A DNA stretch of 39,993 nt. It comes from Minisyncoccota bacterium (lineage in GTDB: Bacteria; Patescibacteriota; Minisyncoccia; Phycocordibacterales; UBA9973). The notes below the pieces were generated by a model. It made no database searches. It was given only the letters and a program-made list of their open reading frames with translations, and was not told where the DNA came from. Position numbers and translations under genes: made by a program. The DNA lies in contig JALOQM010000005.1 in the NCBI GenBank assembly GCA_025453495.1, positions 1-39,993 of the forward strand, written 5' to 3'. The first letter of the stretch is position 1. Every line of letters begins with the position of its first letter. Shown piece after piece: positions 30,678 to 36,919 of this stretch.

Positions 30678-31916
30678 ATGCAAAGTCAATATCTTACAAA
30701 AAAGAAACTGCCTGATACACCCGGTGTGTATTATTTTCTGGATGACAAGAAAAAACCGATCTATATTGGCAAGGCAACATCCCTGCGCGACCGCGTGAAG
30801 AGTTATTTTGCAAAAGATCTGATCGTTACTCGCGGGCCACATATTCTCGATATGACGGTAAAGGCGTGCGATATCAAGTGGCAGGAGACGGACAGTGTGC
30901 TTGAAGCACTGATCCTTGAGGCGAACCTCATCAAGAAGTACAAGCCGTACTACAACACCAAGGAAAAGGACGACAAAAGCTTCAATTATGTCTGTCTGAC
31001 AAAAGACGAGCTGCCTAAGCTCACAACGCGTCGCGGCAAAGAGCTTGATTTTGAAAACCTTACCGACACGACGGGGACCAAGTTTTCTGTCTGTTATGGC
31101 CCATACACTTCGGGTGGTGCGCTCCGCGAAGCGCTCAATATCATTCGTAAGATATTTCGGTATCTCGATGAGAAATCGCGCGTAAAGGGTCGTTATGAAT
31201 TTTATCGCCAGCTCGGGCTTGTGCCGGATATATCACATGAGGAGGGTGTGATCGAGTATAAGAAGATGATTCGTCATCTCAGACTGTTCTTCGACGGTAA
31301 AAAGCGTGATCTTATCAAAACGCTCGAGAAGGAGATGAAAGCGTACGCGAAGAAGCAGGAGTTTGAGCGTGCCGATGCCACCAAGCGCATGATCTTCGCG
31401 CTCACGCATATTCGTGACGTATCGCTTATCAAGGAAGAGAATCTTGTCGAGAAGTCCGGTGAGCGTGTATTTCGTATCGAAGCGTACGATGTCGCGCATA
31501 CAAGCGGCAAGAATATGGTGGGCGTCATGACAGTAGTTGTTGATGGAGAAGTTGAGAAAAAAGAATACCGAAAATTTAATATCAAAGGTTTCGATGCGTC
31601 AAATGATACCGGTGCGCTTGGTCAGATGATTGAGCGGCGTCTTGGGCATCCAGAGTGGCCGATGCCGGCGCTTATAGTTGTAGATGGTGCGAAACCACAG
31701 ATCAATATTACAGAAAGTACTCTTGGTCGGTATGGTGTCAGAATTCCTATTGTTTCCGTGGTGAAAGACGAGTTGCATCGTCCACGCGGCATACTCGGTG
31801 ACGAGAAAATGGCTCAGAAATATGAAAAGCAGATTTTACTCGCCAATAGTGAAGCACATCGCTTTGCAATCGGTTTCCATAGAGAAAAAAGAAGAAAAGG
31901 GCTGTTTGGGAAATAA
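30678..31916 (+). CDS. uvrC: Excinuclease ABC subunit C, short form
   Basis: GIY-YIG domain (LPDTPGVY..IYIGKA..LRDRVKSYF), UVR helix, RNase H-like domain (RIEAYDVAH, VVDG, EAHRFAI); no C-terminal HhH; start set at ATG 30678. Confidence 0.93.
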   Translation: MQSQYLTKKKLPDTPGVYYFLDDKKKPIYIGKATSLRDRVKSYFAKDLIVTRGPHILDMTVKACDIKWQETDSVLEALILEANLIKKYKPYYNTKEKDDKSFNYVCLTKDELPKLTTRRGKELDFENLTDTTGTKFSVCYGPYTSGGALREALNIIRKIFRYLDEKSRVKGRYEFYRQLGLVPDISHEEGVIEYKKMIRHLRLFFDGKKRDLIKTLEKEMKAYAKKQEFERADATKRMIFALTHIRDVSLIKEENLVEKSGERVFRIEAYDVAHTSGKNMVGVMTVVVDGEVEKKEYRKFNIKGFDASNDTGALGQMIERRLGHPEWPMPALIVVDGAKPQINITESTLGRYGVRIPIVSVVKDELHRPRGILGDEKMAQKYEKQILLANSEAHRFAIGFHREKRRKGLFGK

Positions 31917-32097
31917 TCTAATTTTCAATTATTTGAATAAGTACATTAGTATTGTTTGTCTGCAAAATACACTACTTCTATGGAAGAATACAGTTTGCAT
32001 TCTGTTTGAAAATAGGTAGAATAAGAAAGCTTAATGAATATAGACCTGTAGCTTTTTTGGTAAATGAGAGCATATAGGTAAAATATAAATAGAATAT

Positions 32098-32170
32098 GGG
32101 CCTGTAGCTCAGTTGGTAGAGCAGTGCTTTTGCAAAGCAAAGGTCAGGAGTTCGAATCTCCTCAGGTCCA
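32098..32170 (+). tRNA. tRNA-Ala(TGC)
   Basis: Acceptor GGGCCTG/CAGGTCC with the G3:U70 Ala identity pair, anticodon loop TTTGCAA, T arm AGGAG-TTCGAAT-CTCCT; CCA not encoded. Confidence 0.97.
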
Positions 32171-32178
32171 CATTAGAA

Positions 32179-32205
32179 GACTTCGCTTCCAAAGTGAGGT
32201 CTTTT
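32179..32205 (+). terminator. Terminator after tRNA-Ala
   Basis: GACTTCGCTT-CCA-AAGTGAGGTC followed by TTTT. Confidence 0.7.
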
Positions 32206-32328
32206 ACTTTGAAAAAGCTACACATTTCGGTGGTTCCAAAAAAATTATTTTGATAGACCAATCCTGATGGAAATTGGAACCATTGCAAGAACTAAAGTGT
32301 GAGCTTTTTGAGATGATTAATGCTCTGT

Positions 32329-32363
32329 AAAAAAAGAACCCCTGCCGAATTACAGGCAGGGGT
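32329..32363 (-). terminator. Terminator of the candidate ncRNA
   Basis: Minus strand: ACCCCTGCC-8 nt-GGCAGGGGT-TC-TTTTTTT. Confidence 0.85.
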
Positions 32364-32712
32364 GAAAATGCGTAAGCCCATCAGTGGACGTTTAACCACG
32401 TCGGATGTCACGTCAATTTGACACTGACTTTCTCTTAGAAACCATTGGCGCACGGTCCCAGTTTCTACTGGCTCACTTAATTGAAAGTGGTTCTTGTTCT
32501 TTCTTCCTTCCTCACACATTTGTGGCAGTTTCTTTGATAATCAGATTTCTCTTTTACAAAGAATAGGAATTAACCTATCTTGTGAACTTAATCACTGCCT
32601 CACGGCACAGGTGAACTTCTTTGGGCGGTGTGTACAAGGACGATTTTTGCGCCTGTTAAGACTTGCTTTCGCTGTTGTCCCCCAAAGCACTTTCTAGTAA
32701 GGTGCAATTTCA
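32329..32712 (-). ncRNA. Candidate structured ncRNA mimicking 16S rRNA (h35-h40 plus nt 1388-1404)
   Basis: Own promoter and terminator, no convincing ORF, exact 17-nt CCTTGTACACACCGCCC, and a collinear covarying h35-h40 module at 32496-32616. Confidence 0.75.
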
Positions 32713-32717
32713 TTTTT

Positions 32718-32746
32718 ACACTAACAAAAAATCTCTCCGAAATCAA
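32718..32746 (-). promoter_or_regulatory. Promoter of the candidate ncRNA
   Basis: Minus strand: TTGATT-17 bp-TAGTGT with an extended TG. Confidence 0.65.
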
Positions 32747-32824
32747 TAGGAATAACAGAGAAAACTAGCCCTTCTATAATGTCGGAAAACTCCTAGATAT
32801 AGTGGTGCGTAGTGTAGGCTAAAT

Positions 32825-32860
32825 AAAAAACCCACCAAATAGTTTATCTATTTTGGCGGG
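32825..32860 (-). terminator. Terminator for the minus-strand gene cluster
   Basis: Minus strand: CCCGCCAAAATAG-5 nt-CTATTTGGTGGG followed by TTTTTT; insulates the ncRNA from upstream transcription. Confidence 0.7.
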
Positions 32861-32893
32861 GCTTGGCTTTGTGTGGTCGAACTATTCAGTACT

Positions 32894-33097
32894 CTATGGT
32901 TGTGCGTAATAGGATTCATTGATTGCTACATAATCCCAAATCATTTGTTGCCATACCTGTTCTATCGAATAGATAGTTATTGTTTCTGACTCATTTTGTT
33001 CAAGTATGTTTCCTAATGTTGGACCATCCGTATCATCATATTTGAACCATTTATTGTTTTTGGCAATAACAATATGGGTAGGTGTCTTGAACATCAT
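32894..33097 (-). CDS. Small hypothetical protein (67 aa)
   Basis: ATG at 33097 overlaps the stop of the previous ORF (ATGA); ends just before a terminator. Confidence 0.55.
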   Translation of the reverse strand: MMFKTPTHIVIAKNNKWFKYDDTDGPTLGNILEQNESETITIYSIEQVWQQMIWDYVAINESYYAQP

Positions 33098-33450
33098 GTT
33101 GTGTTCACGAGGTCTGAGTCGCAAGTGAATTGTGCAAATGATAGCAAGTAGGGTATCTTCTCTTTTGAATTGACCCATGGTATTTCAATCAATCCTATAA
33201 CAGCACTCCAAGTGAAAACCTTACAGCGGTCTTCTCGTTTGGTGCATCCTCTAATTTTGCCTTGATATTCTTTGTAGCCTCCTTCTTCCATTTCAGGGCT
33301 ATGTTTTGATACGATAACCTCTCTTTTTTCTGGAAGCTTGGGGTAAGTAACACTTCTGTTCTCAATGTCAATTTTGACATCTCCAAAAATGTTCATTTTT
33401 AAAAACAAGGTTTTGAGTACTGTTTTTCCGCCTCTTGCAATAGTATTCAT
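33094..33450 (-). CDS. Hypothetical protein (118 aa)
   Basis: AT-rich ORF with ATG start, coupled to the next ORF. Confidence 0.65.
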   Translation of the reverse strand: MNTIARGGKTVLKTLFLKMNIFGDVKIDIENRSVTYPKLPEKREVIVSKHSPEMEEGGYKEYQGKIRGCTKREDRCKVFTWSAVIGLIEIPWVNSKEKIPYLLSFAQFTCDSDLVNTT

Positions 33451-33495
33451 TTTTAAAAGATTTTTACCGCAACGTAGCGATGCCAGGATTATTCC

Positions 33496-33654
33496 TTATT
33501 GCATCGTCATACGACGGAGCAATGCGTGCGCACGCATGCAATGTGAGAGCATTGTGGCACTGACATGATCGATCGCTTTTTCCCAGAAAATCTCTTTGAG
33601 TATTTCTTCATCTCTTGGAAATACTATTTTCTGGGTCTTCTTTTGTTTTTTCAT
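33496..33654 (-). CDS. Small hypothetical protein (52 aa) overlapping the kinase 3' end
   Basis: MKKQKKTQKIVFPRDEEILKEIFWEKAIDHVSATMLSHCMRAHALLRRMTMQ; fills the gap between the kinase and the next ORF. Confidence 0.5.
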   Translation of the reverse strand: MKKQKKTQKIVFPRDEEILKEIFWEKAIDHVSATMLSHCMRAHALLRRMTMQ

Positions 33655-35080
33655 GAGATATAGGTAGTACTACAGTAAATGTGGTACTACGACCAGGCTC
33701 AGTTGAGACAGTTATTGTACCGAGGAAATCTTTTTTGATAATTTCTTTGGTCGTTGAAAGTCCAAGTCCAAGGCCATGTATCTGAGTTTTTGTCGTAAAG
33801 AATGGGGTAAATATCTTATCTTTGATGCGGGAATCAATCCCACCTCCAGTATCTGAAATAGCAAACGTGACAAATCTATCATTCTTGGTAAGTGAGATAG
33901 TGATCTGTTTTTCACCTTCTGTTTTTTCCTCGATTGCATCAATGGCATTTGCGATAAGATTTATGGCTATTTGGTGAAACTTAAGTGGATTGCCATATAC
34001 ATAGATAGTTTCTTCTATGCTTGTATTGAGTGTGATACCTGTGCGCAGTATGCGGTGTTCGAGCATTGCAATCGCTTCATCAAGTTCCTGTTTGACAGGG
34101 AAAGAGGTAAAGATTTCTGGTGTACCCATTTGCTTTCTAATGGATCCAAGAAGTGCTCCCATGCGGCGACTGGCATTGACTGCACGTACGATGTACTGCT
34201 TGGACTGTGCTCCACCATCTAGAGATTTCTCAAAGCTATTGATATTTGCGATAAGCGCGTTGAGTGGATTCATGAGGTCATGAAATATTCCTGATGAAAT
34301 TTTCCCGAATTCAGCGAATCGGTACAATTGCGTAAGCTTCTCATGTTCTGCTGCGCGGAGTGCTTTTGTCCGTTCCTCAACCTTTAGCTCAAGAGAACCT
34401 CTTTCTATTTTGAGTGCGTGTTCACTCTTTCGAGCTCGCACCAAAGACCTTTCGACTTCGCGATTAGAAAGCCAAGAAACAGTCATGATGAGAAAGAGGA
34501 GAATCGAAAACTCAATAGGATCTTCAAGTCCGATTGGTTGGTATTTCCAGGAAAGCATAACGGGAGTGAATCCATGCACTTGCGCCCATCCAATACCGAC
34601 AAGTGTTAGTGCGATAATAGTAGTGAAGAAAAATCCGAATCCAGTACCCACAAGTACGCTTGCGATAATGATTGTAAGTACATACGTAAAACCAGCGAGT
34701 GGTAATTCAACTCCCCATCGGATAGCAGAGTACGTTGCTGAGGTGTAATAGAGTGCAAGTAATATTGCTGTTGCAATTTTAAAATAACCAACTCGTGAAA
34801 GCACAAGTAACAAAATAAACAACACGAGAATACTACTGTACCCTAGAAATGATATGCCTTGATAGGCATTACCGTGTTGAAATGATAGGAATAAGATAAA
34901 AAGATCGAGTATTCCGACAAGTACGACTGATCCGAAGAGAATGATATTGAGTATGAATTCTTGGCGCCTACTATCTTCATCAGATGCTTTCGGTCTAATA
35001 CATCGGCTGTATATAAAATGAATACCACTCAGAACAAGGGTACTCAGTTTTTGAAATAGGGTTCTAGAATCAGTATTCAT
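33608..35080 (-). CDS. Sensor histidine kinase with a multi-TM input domain
   Basis: H box IFHDLMNPL, N box NLIANAIDA, G1 DTGGGI, F box PFFTTK, G2 GLGLGLS; about six N-terminal TM helices. Confidence 0.95.
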   Translation of the reverse strand: MNTDSRTLFQKLSTLVLSGIHFIYSRCIRPKASDEDSRRQEFILNIILFGSVVLVGILDLFILFLSFQHGNAYQGISFLGYSSILVLFILLLVLSRVGYFKIATAILLALYYTSATYSAIRWGVELPLAGFTYVLTIIIASVLVGTGFGFFFTTIIALTLVGIGWAQVHGFTPVMLSWKYQPIGLEDPIEFSILLFLIMTVSWLSNREVERSLVRARKSEHALKIERGSLELKVEERTKALRAAEHEKLTQLYRFAEFGKISSGIFHDLMNPLNALIANINSFEKSLDGGAQSKQYIVRAVNASRRMGALLGSIRKQMGTPEIFTSFPVKQELDEAIAMLEHRILRTGITLNTSIEETIYVYGNPLKFHQIAINLIANAIDAIEEKTEGEKQITISLTKNDRFVTFAISDTGGGIDSRIKDKIFTPFFTTKTQIHGLGLGLSTTKEIIKKDFLGTITVSTEPGRSTTFTVVLPISHEKTKEDPENSISKR

Positions 35081-35094
35081 TTTATTTTATTGGC

Positions 35095-35199
35095 TTATGG
35101 CCACGGTGTGCACTCGTCCTGCGAGAATAACACTATCTTTGTGGTCGTTTTACTTCGCGCATCCGCGTTTGCAACTAGCTGCTGTGCGATAGTGCTCAT
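35095..35199 (-). CDS. 34-aa peptide ORF directly upstream of the kinase
   Basis: MSTIAQQLVANADARSKTTTKIVLFSQDECTPWP; more GC-rich than its AT-rich flanks; stops 14 bp before the kinase ATG. Confidence 0.45.
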   Translation of the reverse strand: MSTIAQQLVANADARSKTTTKIVLFSQDECTPWP

Positions 35200-35294
35200 G
35201 TGTATATCTATACTTTGTTATAGCCGTTGACTTGTCGGCTATATTAATCGCAGAAAAAAATAAGTAAAGTAAAGATAAACTTTTTATCAAATTG

Positions 35295-35981
35295 TTAGCG
35301 TTTTAGGTCAATTTTGTATCCACGACCTGGGACGCTATGGATGAGTTTGCGTTTCGTGTTTCGGTCTATTTTTTTGCGGAGATTCAAGATATGCGTTTCG
35401 ATGGTATTTGAAAATGGGTCGGCATTGATGTCCCAGACGTGCTCGGCAATCGCACTTCTTGAGACGACGCGTCCTGAGTTTCGCGCCAGGAATTCAAGCA
35501 GAGCGAACTCTTTTCTGGTGAGGTAGATGGACTCTTTGCCGCGGATCACTTCTTGGCGATCCGAGTCGATGATCAGATTGTCTATGCTCATGCGGGCACT
35601 TTCTCTGATTCTTGGCCGACGAAGTATGGCTTGTATGCGCGCGAGTACTTCCTCAAAGAAGAACGGTTTAGTTATGTAATCGTCAGCGCCATGTGACAAT
35701 CCTTCGATCTTGTACGGAACATCTCCAGTAATGGAAAGCATAACGATTGGTACATGTTTGCGACTCTCGTGCTCTTGCACTCTGATATCTTGGCAAACAA
35801 CGAAACCATTTTTCTTCGGAAGTCCGTAATCAAGTATAACTAGATCATAATCATTGGTTCGTGCTAGATAACTGCCATGTTCTCCGTTTTCTGTTCCATC
35901 AACAGAAAACCCTTTTTCTCTCAAGCCTTTGGTGAGTGATTCAAGAGTGTCTGTGTCGTCTTCGATAATCAAAATTCGCAT
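35295..35981 (-). CDS. OmpR/PhoB-family response regulator
   Basis: MRILIIEDD, LVILD phospho-acceptor, GADDYITKPF, winged helix (LTRKEFALLE, LRKKI, IHSVPGRGY). Confidence 0.97.
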   Translation of the reverse strand: MRILIIEDDTDTLESLTKGLREKGFSVDGTENGEHGSYLARTNDYDLVILDYGLPKKNGFVVCQDIRVQEHESRKHVPIVMLSITGDVPYKIEGLSHGADDYITKPFFFEEVLARIQAILRRPRIRESARMSIDNLIIDSDRQEVIRGKESIYLTRKEFALLEFLARNSGRVVSRSAIAEHVWDINADPFSNTIETHILNLRKKIDRNTKRKLIHSVPGRGYKIDLKR

Positions 35982-35995
35982 AAATGATGTATATC

Positions 35996-36092
35996 ACTGT
36001 ATTGTAATAATTACTTTTGATTTCCTAATTATTTAGAGTATTTTTCTACAACATTATACTAAATTAGAAAAGTATGGACTGTATTGTAATAA
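35996..36092. repeat. 15-bp direct repeat upstream of the response regulator
   Basis: ACTGTATTGTAATAA at 35996-36010 and at 36078-36092. Confidence 0.7.
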
Positions 36093-36197
36093 AGAAGAGA
36101 GAACTGTAAATAAAAAAAAGATAAAGAAAAAATAAATCCACACTTTTCTTTTTGCTTTGTTAACTTTTCATAATGAAATACTTTTCTCATGATAACT

Positions 36198-36808
36198 ATG
36201 TATACACTGCGAGACAATGATCTTTTTCTTAATACTTCAAATGAAGGAAAAAACGTGTTCTAAAGATTCAGGACTTGCCGAAAGAGTCAAAGCCTCGTGA
36301 ACGCACACTTGCTGGAGCAACAAATCCTACTCAGTTTGTAAAAGAACTTGATATCCTAGTCGGCAAAGCACTACAGTTTGTGGCATGCACAGAACTTGGT
36401 CGAAGATTCTTCAAAACACGTCAGGGTGGACTACTGGTTGTGCGCACAGCAAAAGATGCATATCGGTATTTCAAAGATGTGGAATCGCTCCCGAAAGAGC
36501 ATTTGTGTGGCATCTGTATTGATAGACACTATAGGGTTGTTCATGATGAGGTGATCTCGATTAGTACAATCAATACTAATATCATTCACCCGAGAGAGGT
36601 GTTTAAGCCTGCTATGGAGTATGGGGCTGCTGCTGTGGTGCTTGCGCATAACCACCCATCGGGTATTACCAAACCAAGTCAGGCAGATATAGATGGTACG
36701 CGTCAACTTGTCGAGGTCGGTAAAATGCTTGGCATAAATTTGATCAATCACATCATTATCGACAAGGATTCTTTTGTAGGTTTTAATATTGATTATTCAT
36801 CAGAATAA
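36198..36808 (+). pseudogene. radC: RadC/JAB-domain gene, frameshifted and apparently internally deleted
   Basis: IQDLPKESKPRE, HPREVFK and HNHPSG..PS..D motifs; the ATG 36198 frame stops at 36263 and the body lies in the -1 frame. Confidence 0.75.
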
Positions 36809-36919
36809 AAACATGCGTTTACTATACTATATTCCTTCATGTGGATATATCACTACCGTGGCTTGTATTACAGTGCCTTACTTTTAAAATAGCGGCAGTG
36901 TGTACTATACTGATAGTAA

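Noticed and set aside
678-31585. Many short alternate-frame and antisense ORFs in the track
   Set aside because: They are shadows of well-supported housekeeping genes and carry no recognisable motifs
32329-32712. True 16S rRNA gene or simple rRNA pseudogene
   Set aside because: It is only ~380 nt, the modules are in non-16S order, stems differ by compensatory changes, and it has its own promoter and terminator
32600-32713. 37-aa minus-strand ORF (MKLHLTRKC...), plus track ORFs 32292..32519 and 32494..32697
   Set aside because: The ATG is only 4 nt from the -10 box, the other two lack start context or cross the terminator, and RNA structure explains the sequence better
32894-33450. Single frameshifted gene
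   Set aside because: An ATGA start/stop overlap at 33094-33097 explains it as two coupled ORFs, although a frameshift is not fully excluded
33468-33575. Structured RNA around the 16-bp palindrome ATGCGTGCGCACGCAT (33522-33537)
   Set aside because: It lies within a plausible 52-aa ORF, and no independent promoter or terminator is seen
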